NCBI GenBank assembly: GCA_965372795.1
Contig: CBDVDR010000001.1
Coordinates: 224,001-288,000, forward strand
Source: an uncultured bacterium
GTDB taxonomy: Bacteria; Zixibacteria; MSB-5A5; GN15; FEB-12
DNA length: 64,000 nt
Reading direction: 5' to 3'
Shown: in pieces, positions 39,872-48,771 of the stretch
Position numbering within the stretch: the stretch's first letter is position 1
How the letters are laid out: each line of letters opens with the position of its first letter
The notes under the pieces: generated by a model
The model's database searches: none
What the model saw: the letters and a program-made list of their open reading frames with translations, nothing else
Told to the model about the DNA's origin: nothing
Translations under genes and position numbers: made by a program

Positions 39872-40960
39872 TTATTTCCCCTTTAGATATCGTTTGATCT
39901 CGTCGGTAATAATCTTTGATGGTTTCTTATTTCTGACTTTGTATCCGGTCTCTCTGACTTTTGGCAGGCGCCTAATTGCTTTGAATAATTTATTTTTATT
40001 AAGCCCCACCAGTTGATTGCCGTTTTTCAAAGTCTCAACCCACTCTGTTTCATCTCTCAATGTCATCACCGGGGTACGGAGATAGATCGCTTCTTTTTGA
40101 AGCCCTCCCGAATCAGTCATAACAAATTTCGAATTATATATTGCTGTTAAAATATCATAGTAACCAAGCGGCTCACAAATAATAACATTCTTAATCGTTC
40201 TTAGTTGTTTGATTAATTTAAATTCTGTAAATCTCCCGAGTGTTCTCGGATGCATCGGAAATACAACCGGTAATGACAATTTCTCAAGCATCCCGATTAT
40301 TTTTTCAAGATTTTTTTTCTCATCAACATTGGCCGCCCGATGAAGGGTAAATAATGCAAATTCATCTTGAGTAAGATTATATTTATTCAAAAACTTTTCA
40401 TTATTTCTAATTTTCGTTTTTGAATCTTCTAATAATTCAAACATCAAATCACCCGAACGGATAACTCCCTTTTTAATCCCCTCGGATTTTAAATTCTTTA
40501 TCGCGGTCGTGGTCGGGCAAAACAATAACGATGACAGCTTATCGCTTAAAACCCTATTAATCTCCTCCGGCATATCATCGACAAACGACCTTAACCCCGC
40601 CTCAACATGACCAACCGGAATATTTAATTTTGCCGCCGACAGTGCCCCGGCCAAAGTTGAATTGGTGTCGCCAAAGACTAAGACTAAATCCGGTTTTTGT
40701 TTTATGAAAACCTGCTCAAGCTTTTCAATCATTCGTCCGGTCATCAAGCCATGGCTTCCGCCGCTGATGCCAAGATTTATATTTGGTTTTGAAATTTTTA
40801 ACTGCTTAAAAAAAATATCCGACATCTCGAAATCTTTATGCTGTCCGGTATGCACAATAAAATGCGTAAATGATTTTTTTAGTTCTAAATCTAACGGGGA
40901 CAGTTTAATAAATTGCGGACGGGCACCGACAACAGATATTATTTTCAATTTTCTTTTCAT
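39872..40960 (-). CDS. wecB: UDP-GlcNAc-type 2-epimerase (WecB/WbpI-like)
   Basis: VGARPQFIK, HTGQH, HVEAGLRS, PEEINR and TDSGGLQKEA motifs. Confidence 0.93.
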   Translation of the reverse strand: MKRKLKIISVVGARPQFIKLSPLDLELKKSFTHFIVHTGQHKDFEMSDIFFKQLKISKPNINLGISGGSHGLMTGRMIEKLEQVFIKQKPDLVLVFGDTNSTLAGALSAAKLNIPVGHVEAGLRSFVDDMPEEINRVLSDKLSSLLFCPTTTAIKNLKSEGIKKGVIRSGDLMFELLEDSKTKIRNNEKFLNKYNLTQDEFALFTLHRAANVDEKKNLEKIIGMLEKLSLPVVFPMHPRTLGRFTEFKLIKQLRTIKNVIICEPLGYYDILTAIYNSKFVMTDSGGLQKEAIYLRTPVMTLRDETEWVETLKNGNQLVGLNKNKLFKAIRRLPKVRETGYKVRNKKPSKIITDEIKRYLKGK

Positions 40961-40968
40961 TGATAATT

Positions 40969-40997
40969 ATTATATCAGATATCAAAATTTATATCAA
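40969..40997 (-). promoter_or_regulatory. Near-consensus sigma-70 promoter for wecB
   Basis: TTGATA-17-TATAAT, 8 nt before ATG 40960. Confidence 0.7.
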
Positions 40998-41016
40998 GCA
41001 ATACTATTTAACCCAT

Positions 41017-41045
41017 AAAAAAAAGGCAGGTATCAACCTGCCTTT
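41017..41045 (-). terminator. Intrinsic terminator after the WbpE-like gene
   Basis: AAAGGCAGGT-ATCA-ACCTGCCTTT with U-tract on the minus strand. Confidence 0.85.
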
Positions 41046-41064
41046 ATATCTCTACAAAAGAGAG

Positions 41065-42171
41065 CTATAACACCGCCTCTTTGACAACCTTAACGGTTTC
41101 TTCCAACTCTTCCTGAGTCAGTTCAGGGAAAATCGGAAGTGCGATTACATTCTTGGAAGCTTTTTCTGACAGTGGAAAATCTTCAGCTGAATAACCCAGA
41201 TCCGCAAAACATTCCTGAGTATGGAACGGCACCGGATAATAAATTTCAAATCCGATTTTATTGGCTTTAAATTTCTCTATCAATGCCTCACGGTCAGGGA
41301 CTTCAATCGTATACTGATTATAAATATGGAAAGTTGTATAATCTCTGACATTCGGCGTTTTGATCTGTGCAACATCTTTAAATGATTCATCATAAAACTT
41401 GGCATGTTTGATTCGTTTTTCAGACCAGCCTCGTAAATAAGGCAACTTGATATTCAAAATAGCCGCCTGTATCGAAGCCAACCTCGAATTATATCCGACA
41501 ATTTTATGATAATATTTTGGTTCAGCGCCATGGTTACGGAAAATCTTTACCAATTTATAATCTTCTTCATTATTACATACAACAATTCCGCCGTCACCGC
41601 CGGCACCGAGATTCTTAGTCGGATAAAATGAAAAACATCCAAAATCTCCAAACGATCCGGCCGGTTTACCTTTATACTCGGCTCCAATAGCCTGTGCCGC
41701 ATCTTCGACAACTTTCAAATTATGTCGTTTCGCTATCTCCATAATCGGATCCATGTCTGCCACCTGACCAAACAGATGAACCGGCAATATGACTTTGGTC
41801 TTATCAGTTATAGCAGCTTCGATTTTTGATGGATCAATATTATATGTGTCATCTTCAATATCAACAAAGACCGGCTTGGCGCCAAGTCTCACAATCACTC
41901 CGGCCGTCGCAAAAAACGAAAACGCGGTTGTAATTACTTCATCCCCGACTCCAACGCCGCAGGCATCAAGTGCTAACAAAAGCGCATCGGTTCCCGAAGC
42001 TACACCGTTGGCATATTTGACCTGACAAAGTTTCGCAATCTCTTCCTCAAGATCGGTAACTTCCGGACCTAATATAAACCAGCCATGATCTAAAACTTTT
42101 AATACTGCCTCATCCATCTCCGGTTTTAGGTAGGCATATTGTCGCGCTAAATCTAATAGAGGTACTGACAT
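41065..42171 (-). CDS. DegT-family aminotransferase (WbpE/WlbC-like)
   Basis: FILGPEV, VHLFGQ, EDAAQAIGA and SFYPTKNLG motifs. Confidence 0.92.
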   Translation of the reverse strand: MSVPLLDLARQYAYLKPEMDEAVLKVLDHGWFILGPEVTDLEEEIAKLCQVKYANGVASGTDALLLALDACGVGVGDEVITTAFSFFATAGVIVRLGAKPVFVDIEDDTYNIDPSKIEAAITDKTKVILPVHLFGQVADMDPIMEIAKRHNLKVVEDAAQAIGAEYKGKPAGSFGDFGCFSFYPTKNLGAGGDGGIVVCNNEEDYKLVKIFRNHGAEPKYYHKIVGYNSRLASIQAAILNIKLPYLRGWSEKRIKHAKFYDESFKDVAQIKTPNVRDYTTFHIYNQYTIEVPDREALIEKFKANKIGFEIYYPVPFHTQECFADLGYSAEDFPLSEKASKNVIALPIFPELTQEELEETVKVVKEAVL

Positions 42172-42183
42172 TTAAAATTCTCC

Positions 42184-42945
42184 TTAATCGTCTTTCCAGC
42201 CTTGATTTTCAAGAAGTTGGTCTTCGGGAACATCTCTAAAAACTTTTGCAGGCATCCCCGCAACAATCTTTTTAGATGGCACATCTTTAGTAACAACCGC
42301 CCCGGCAGCCACCAAGGCATCTTCGCCGATAACTTTTCCCGGTAAAATTGTTGCATTGACACCGATTCGGGCGCCTTTTTTAAAGATCACACCTTTGAAA
42401 TGTTTGAACCGTTCTTCGGTTCGCCCGATAAAATTATCATTTGAAGTTGCAACGCATGGTGCAACAAAAACCCGGTCTTCTATATCTGAATAAGCAGTTA
42501 TATATACATTGGTCTCAAGCTTTACATATTTGCCGATATTACAGAAATTTTCAATAGCCACGCCTCTGCCAACAATTGTATGACTTCCGATTGTAACATT
42601 TTCCCGTACCGTTGATAAATCAGCAATCAAAACTTTATTAGAAATTGAGCAACCGCGATAAATCACGACATTGGTTCCTATAATACAGTTGGCGTCAATT
42701 TTACAGGGCAGCAGTTCATCATCCTTGGTAACAGCTGAATTAGCCGCTTTCATCGGACGCTTGCCAACAACAGTGCCGTCATCAATGCGAACATTATCAC
42801 CAATAACAGTATGGTCATGAATCGCAACATTGTGACCGATCACACACCCTTTACCAATTATAACTTCCTCACCGATATATGTAAATTCACCAACCCTCGT
42901 TCCGGAGCCTATTTCAGCAGATGAATGAACTTTAGCAGTGGTCAT
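42184..42945 (-). CDS. Hexapeptide-repeat N-acetyltransferase (WbpD/WlbB-like)
   Basis: LbH hexapeptide repeats; SNDNF, IGVNATILPG and AGAVVTKDV motifs. Confidence 0.85.
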   Translation of the reverse strand: MTTAKVHSSAEIGSGTRVGEFTYIGEEVIIGKGCVIGHNVAIHDHTVIGDNVRIDDGTVVGKRPMKAANSAVTKDDELLPCKIDANCIIGTNVVIYRGCSISNKVLIADLSTVRENVTIGSHTIVGRGVAIENFCNIGKYVKLETNVYITAYSDIEDRVFVAPCVATSNDNFIGRTEERFKHFKGVIFKKGARIGVNATILPGKVIGEDALVAAGAVVTKDVPSKKIVAGMPAKVFRDVPEDQLLENQGWKDD

Positions 42946-42964
42946 ATATAAAATACCTTTCTGA

Positions 42965-44146
42965 TCAATTACTTTTTTTCTTTATACCCGGAAGCCATCC
43001 AAAATAACTTCTAAAAAATAACATTGCCCGGTTATAATCTTCTTCACTTTTAAACTTCAGTTTGTCAAAATACTCAATTATTGCAGCCATGAGAATCGAA
43101 ATTAATAAACTCAATGCAAAAGTAATCACGACAATCAAAGTTCGTTTCGGCCGATACTTCAATTCCGGAACCTGGGCTCTTTGGAGCACCGAAAATTCCT
43201 GAAAACTTCCACTTTCCTGTATTTTTGCCTGTTCAAACTGCTGCATCAAAAGTCCGGATAATTCTTCTCCAACTCTGACTTTTGAATATAATTTATTGTA
43301 TTCATTTTTTAGGGATGGAATTTTATTTAAAGGAAGCGCAAAAAATGAATTGCCATCCTGACCGGTTTCAAGTTCGCTCAGCTGTTTTTTTAGAATGCTT
43401 TTTTGCTGTTTTAGTAACTTAACATCAACCTGAGAAACATTGGTCGTTTTTGCCAGAAGCAGATCAACCTCAGTCTTTGAAAGAGCCACCTTTATTTCTA
43501 TCGCCTGCTCTATTGCCATGCGTGTTTGTTCATCAAAATCAATAGTTTTATTTTTTAGCTGAAACTCTTCAAGAACCTTGCGTGACTTGCTTAAATCTTC
43601 ATCAACTTTTTTTAATCGGGCTTCAAAAAATATTCTTTTCTCTCTAGCCTTTACTGCAACCACCTGACGGCTAAGGCTGTCAAGACCATCTACAAAAGCA
43701 TTGGCAAGATCAGCAGCAACCTTAGGATCTCTATCCTCAACCTCAATCGACAACAAGCCTTCTTCGGTTTTAACAATGCTGGCATGAAACATCAAGGCTT
43801 CATAAGCTTGAGTATTGGTTTCCGTTTCATACCGTTCACGAAGTTTGTACCGCTTTATAATCGGATCAGTAATTCTGCGACTTTCAAGTATCCTGACAAA
43901 AACATCAGCCGTTGTGGAAAGCGAAACAAGATCAAGACCCGAGGCGCCATCGGACAGATTGATAACCGATGTCTGCTGTTCCTTGGGAGGCAAGACCAAA
44001 GCTGAAGACAAATACCATTTTGGTAATATTAATGAAACAACAATTGCTGTAAGAGTAAGTAGCGTAACAAACGAAAGAATAAATTTTTTCCGCTTGGCAA
44101 GCAGCTCTAAAAAAAGCCAAAGATTGTTAGATTGATCATCACTCAC
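42965..44146 (-). CDS. Wzz/GumC-type polysaccharide chain-length protein
   Basis: Two terminal TMs, coiled coil, AQVPELKYRPKR motif. Confidence 0.85.
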   Translation of the reverse strand: MSDDQSNNLWLFLELLAKRKKFILSFVTLLTLTAIVVSLILPKWYLSSALVLPPKEQQTSVINLSDGASGLDLVSLSTTADVFVRILESRRITDPIIKRYKLRERYETETNTQAYEALMFHASIVKTEEGLLSIEVEDRDPKVAADLANAFVDGLDSLSRQVVAVKAREKRIFFEARLKKVDEDLSKSRKVLEEFQLKNKTIDFDEQTRMAIEQAIEIKVALSKTEVDLLLAKTTNVSQVDVKLLKQQKSILKKQLSELETGQDGNSFFALPLNKIPSLKNEYNKLYSKVRVGEELSGLLMQQFEQAKIQESGSFQEFSVLQRAQVPELKYRPKRTLIVVITFALSLLISILMAAIIEYFDKLKFKSEEDYNRAMLFFRSYFGWLPGIKKKSN

Positions 44147-44343
44147 AAATGTTCACCTGTTATCTTGAGTTAAAAGTCCCTTCCGTATCATAATACGGAA
44201 GAATAATATAACATATAAGTCCTGTTTTCCTTGAATATGTTTTAGACGGCAAGGATAGTGAAAAGATTTGCCTCTGTCAACCTGTATAATATCTCCCAAA
44301 GGTTCGTTTTTTTGTACCTATTAACCATCTTTTTTGGTAATTT

Positions 44344-45471
44344 ATGATTATCGAAGACACTTTAGAAAGACGGCACGTGAAACTGTTACAACGAAAAAAT
44401 ATTATCTATCCGGCACTTATATGGTTAGTGATAATCATTGGGTATATTATTCTTTTTAATATCGGACAACAGAAATATTATAATCTGACTGATACCCTTA
44501 TCCAATGGGATGGAAAACATTACCTGTCAATAGCCAGAGATGGTTACGATGCCTACCCCTGTAAAAATAACAGTTCAATTTGCGGAAATGTTGGCTGGTT
44601 TCCGATGTATGCCTTAGCCTCGAAACCGGTTGGATATATTTTACAAAATTATTCCATCGGACTTATCGCCTGCAGTTGGATCTGTTTTCTGGCTTCGCTT
44701 CTGCTTCTGTTTGGCATGATCGAAAGGAAATATGACCAAAAAACCGCTCTATGGTCGCTTATCGCTTTAGCTGTTTTTCCCTCATCATTTTATTTTATAT
44801 CAGCCTTTCCATATTCTGTTTATCTCTTACTGGCTGTATCTATTTTTTATCTGCTTGAAAAAGAAAAATTCATCACGGTTATCTTTTTAACCGGACTATT
44901 AGCAGTAACTTACCCTTCAGGTTCAATTATTGGATTTGTCCTGCTTTATACTTTAATAAAAAACTGGAGCCGATACAACTCTGTCCAAAAGGGACAATTA
45001 TTTTCAAGTATGGCTGCGATTGGAATCGCAATCGGGCTATACTTCGCCTTTTATTGGATTAAGTTTGATAATTTCACCATGTATCTTGACTTCCAATCTC
45101 AACCTCAATTTGCCCATAGAATGCGATTCCCGCTGATGACAATTATTGAATCTTTCAGATTTATAGATATCAGCCACCCTGTTAATATTTCCCTGATATT
45201 CACTACTATAATAGTTTTGATATTTTATAACAAAAAGACTCCTATTAACTGGCAAATTTATATGTTTGCAATTCTTCTGTTCACTCCTACGATGGGAACT
45301 ATCGCCTGCTACTACCGTCACATAATCGTAGCTTTCCCATTATTCATTATGATTGGCAGAGCGTATTCCGGGATATATGGTAAATACCTGATGGGGCTAT
45401 ATATCGTTTCAGCCCTGATTATTAACTGGATATTCTATATCGAATTCTTTAAAAAAGGGCTTTTGATGTAG
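44344..45471 (+). CDS. GT-C membrane glycosyltransferase (PIG-V/Gpi18 mannosyltransferase-like)
   Basis: QWDGKHYLSIARDGY and GWFPMY motifs; many TM helices. Confidence 0.75.
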   Translation: MIIEDTLERRHVKLLQRKNIIYPALIWLVIIIGYIILFNIGQQKYYNLTDTLIQWDGKHYLSIARDGYDAYPCKNNSSICGNVGWFPMYALASKPVGYILQNYSIGLIACSWICFLASLLLLFGMIERKYDQKTALWSLIALAVFPSSFYFISAFPYSVYLLLAVSIFYLLEKEKFITVIFLTGLLAVTYPSGSIIGFVLLYTLIKNWSRYNSVQKGQLFSSMAAIGIAIGLYFAFYWIKFDNFTMYLDFQSQPQFAHRMRFPLMTIIESFRFIDISHPVNISLIFTTIIVLIFYNKKTPINWQIYMFAILLFTPTMGTIACYYRHIIVAFPLFIMIGRAYSGIYGKYLMGLYIVSALIINWIFYIEFFKKGLLM

Positions 45472-45472
45472 T

Positions 45473-45955
45473 TTATTGTACTGCTTTCAAATCAAACTCA
45501 TAGTAAAGAGTATCTTCAGTATCCAAGCCCACATCTATCACTCTCAAAGTGTCCATAAAAATCGAGCTGTCGGTAAAAACTGCGTTAAAGGTTCCGGTTG
45601 GTAGTCGTTTCTCATCACAGTTTGTACCGGTTGTACCTTTGGTAATTAACTGAATAAATCCGGTCATCGAATTTATAATAATCTCACCCTGCGAATTACA
45701 AAGATTTGATGGATTTGTATTATGAATCAGAACAAAGGCATCGTCATCAATTACTAATGATACTGAATCTATAAGAGTAACCGGAAAATTTGAATGCGGG
45801 AGTGCATAACTTTTTGTAAAAGTTAATGTACCTGTGTAAAGATCAGCTATTTCAACCGGGATATAATTATTATCAACCGGATTATCATCTTTAGAACAGC
45901 CTAAAATAATAGACATCGAAATTAATAAAAGTAAGATTACAACTTTCTTATTCAT
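45473..45955 (-). CDS. Hypothetical lipoprotein
   Basis: Lipobox ILGC followed by SKDDNP. Confidence 0.8.
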   Translation of the reverse strand: MNKKVVILLLLISMSIILGCSKDDNPVDNNYIPVEIADLYTGTLTFTKSYALPHSNFPVTLIDSVSLVIDDDAFVLIHNTNPSNLCNSQGEIIINSMTGFIQLITKGTTGTNCDEKRLPTGTFNAVFTDSSIFMDTLRVIDVGLDTEDTLYYEFDLKAVQ

Positions 45956-46030
45956 AAAGAAACCACTCCTGTTATTTGTTTCTCACTAACCAACGAAATT
46001 ACCATTATTTCGTCAAATTTTTTAAAATTA

Positions 46031-47686
46031 TTATTTTGACTCGGCAATTTCTGAAATAGCGTTCATCGTTTCGTTATGTCGATACTCAACCGCAGCTTTT
46101 ACAAAATCCCTGAAAAGCGGATGAGGTTTCGTTGGACGTGATTTTAACTCCGGATGAAATTGTACTCCGACAAACCAAGGATGGTCGGTTATTTCAATTA
46201 TTTCGACTAAACGCTCATCAGGTGATAATCCTGATAATGTCAGCCCGTTCTCAGTTAGTGTTTCACGATAGACATTATTTAATTCATAGCGATGACGATG
46301 TCTTTCTGAAACTTCATCGGTTCCGTAAGACTCGAATGCTTTCGTCCCATTTTTCAGTTTACATTTGTATGCTCCAAGTCTCATTGTTCCGCCTAATTCG
46401 GTCACCCCTTCTTGATCAGCCATCAAATGAATTACCGGATGTTTCAATTCCCGATAAAATTCAAAACTGTGAGCATCTGGTAAATCACAAACTGAACGGG
46501 CATACTCAATCACAGCACATTGCATCCCAAGACATATTCCTAAAAATGGGATTTTGTTTTCCCTCACAAATTTGATCGCTTCAATTTTCCCTTCTACACC
46601 CCGCTCCCCAAAACCACCGGGAATTAGCAAACCATCAACATCCTTCAGGAACTTTTCAGCGCCATTATGTTTAATATCTTCTGAACTGACCCAAATCAGT
46701 TTTACTTCGGCATCATTGTAAACTCCGGCATGAATAAACGACTCAATAATTGATTTGTAGGCATCCTTAAGCATCACATATTTCCCACAAATCCCGATTT
46801 TGATCTGCCTTTTGGGATTGTTAATCTTAGCCACCATCGTTGCCCAATCATCCAAGTCTGCCTTTGGTAAATCCCAGCCAAAATGTTCACAAATTATATT
46901 ATCAACCTGTTGTTCCTGAAATTTAACCGGAACATCATAAATAGTTAAAACATCTTCAGCAGCGATAACATTTTTGGTCGGCACTGAACAGAAAAGAGAA
47001 ATCTTCTGGCGCAACTCGTCACTAATCCTTTGAGCCGAGCGGCATAACAGCATATTCGCCTGAATTCCAATTTGTCGCAGTTCCTTAACTGAATGCTGTG
47101 TTGGTTTGGTTTTAAATTCTCCGGCTGTTGGAATATATGGAACCAGTGTGACATGGATAAACATTGTGTTTTCCACTCCCTCTTCCTGACCCATCTGTCG
47201 AATTGCTTCCAAAAACGGCAATGATTCAATATCACCAACGGTCCCGCCGATTTCCGATATTATAACATCCGGCTCATCATCAACCCTCGCTTGCTTTTTT
47301 ATACAATTTTTAATCTCTTCTGTCACATGGGGAATCACCTGTACTGTTGCTCCAAGATAGTCGCCGCGTCTTTCACGAGTAATAATCGTATTATAAATCT
47401 GTCCCGTTGTAACATTGTTGATCTTTGTCAAAGATTGATCCAAAAATCTCTCATAATGACCCAAATCAAGATCCGTCTCAGAACCATCATCAAGAACAAA
47501 TACTTCGCCATGCTGATAGGGATTCATCGTCCCCGGATCGACATTCAAATAAGGATCAAATTTAACATTAGTTACTTTCAAACCTCTTTTTTGAAGTAAT
47601 AACCCTATCGAAGATGCTGCGATTCCCTTACCAAGGGAAGAAACAACTCCCCCGGTAACAAAAATGTATTTAGTCTTTTTACTCAT
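46031..47686 (-). CDS. pyrG: CTP synthase
   Basis: GGVVSSLGKG, KTKPTQHSV, GICLGMQ and QFHPE motifs. Confidence 0.99.
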   Translation of the reverse strand: MSKKTKYIFVTGGVVSSLGKGIAASSIGLLLQKRGLKVTNVKFDPYLNVDPGTMNPYQHGEVFVLDDGSETDLDLGHYERFLDQSLTKINNVTTGQIYNTIITRERRGDYLGATVQVIPHVTEEIKNCIKKQARVDDEPDVIISEIGGTVGDIESLPFLEAIRQMGQEEGVENTMFIHVTLVPYIPTAGEFKTKPTQHSVKELRQIGIQANMLLCRSAQRISDELRQKISLFCSVPTKNVIAAEDVLTIYDVPVKFQEQQVDNIICEHFGWDLPKADLDDWATMVAKINNPKRQIKIGICGKYVMLKDAYKSIIESFIHAGVYNDAEVKLIWVSSEDIKHNGAEKFLKDVDGLLIPGGFGERGVEGKIEAIKFVRENKIPFLGICLGMQCAVIEYARSVCDLPDAHSFEFYRELKHPVIHLMADQEGVTELGGTMRLGAYKCKLKNGTKAFESYGTDEVSERHRHRYELNNVYRETLTENGLTLSGLSPDERLVEIIEITDHPWFVGVQFHPELKSRPTKPHPLFRDFVKAAVEYRHNETMNAISEIAESK

Positions 47687-47694
47687 TTAAACCT

Positions 47695-48432
47695 CTATAT
47701 TTTATTTATTTTTTTCAAATCCTGCACGGTATCAATTGAAACCGTTTCCATCCTGGTCTTATATAATTTTAATACGTTTCCATTTTCAATAATGCGAAGC
47801 TGTTCCAGTGATTCTGCTTTCTCATTTTCAGACTGTCCCCATTTGGCAAATTTCAATATCCCCGCACGGGTGAAAAAGTAAATTCCGATATGACTGTAAA
47901 ACTTATGCTGATCGGTTCGGTTTCCGGTACTATAATTCTGTAAATATGGTAATGGGTATCTTGAAAACCAGATCGCCTCAGCTTTTTCGTTACCTACTAC
48001 TTTCACTGTATTCGGATTGAATAATTGATCTTCATCTTTTATCTGCTTAATCAATGTCCCATAATCCGACTTCTTATCGTTGCAAAACTGATCAATATAA
48101 CGATCAAGCACTTTTGCCTTAATTCCAAAATTATCTGCCTGTACATTAAGATAACAATCAGCCTTTACCTTCTTTGCAACTTCGGCTAATCTGTCAGAAC
48201 CGGTTTTGTGTCGCCTGGATGTTACGACAACCTCGGCTCCAAATTCTTCGGCTGTACTTTTGATTTTTTTGTCATCAGTAGCAATAATTACCCGGTCAAT
48301 CTGGTTACTTTTGGAAAGCGATTTCCAGACATAATAAAGAAGAGGTTTGCCCTGAAACAAATGAAGAACTTTGCCCTCAAACCGTTTTGAGCCTAACCTC
48401 GCCGGAACTACAGCAACAATTTTCCTTTTCAT
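47695..48432 (-). CDS. kdsB: CMP-Kdo synthetase
   Basis: PARLGSKRF..K, TGSDR, NVQAD and ESLEQLR motifs. Confidence 0.93.
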   Translation of the reverse strand: MKRKIVAVVPARLGSKRFEGKVLHLFQGKPLLYYVWKSLSKSNQIDRVIIATDDKKIKSTAEEFGAEVVVTSRRHKTGSDRLAEVAKKVKADCYLNVQADNFGIKAKVLDRYIDQFCNDKKSDYGTLIKQIKDEDQLFNPNTVKVVGNEKAEAIWFSRYPLPYLQNYSTGNRTDQHKFYSHIGIYFFTRAGILKFAKWGQSENEKAESLEQLRIIENGNVLKLYKTRMETVSIDTVQDLKKINKI

Positions 48433-48614
48433 AATTGAACAACTCTCAATAATAATCCAAAATCTGTTTCTGAAACAGAGTTTATCGTAGGTAAAGGTTT
48501 GGAATTATTACAGTTAACACCACTTTTAGGGGGTAGTTGTACTTGATTATGATGGGATAATTGAAATCCGGTAAGCTTTGCTATCAGACCAACCTGTAGC
48601 TTTTTGTGCCGCAT
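48429..48614 (-). CDS. Possible 61-aa leaderless upstream ORF coupled to kdsB
   Basis: ATG 5 nt below a consensus -10; its stop overlaps the kdsB start (ATGA); no recognisable homology. Confidence 0.3.
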   Translation of the reverse strand: MRHKKLQVGLIAKLTGFQLSHHNQVQLPPKSGVNCNNSKPLPTINSVSETDFGLLLRVVQL

Positions 48615-48619
48615 AAGCT

Positions 48620-48648
48620 ATAATATGTACACCCCTTAACTCTGTCAA
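48620..48648 (-). promoter_or_regulatory. Sigma-70 promoter of the kdsB-pyrG unit
   Basis: TTGACA-17-TATTAT. Confidence 0.75.
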
Positions 48649-48771
48649 GAAAAATTGACTTTTCCAACTCGGGAATCCCAATTCACCGGGAATCTCAATT
48701 GATTTCTAAAGCTATATACAGTACTGCCGATATATTTCTTAGACGTCCCAAATTGAAACAATGGAGAATAA

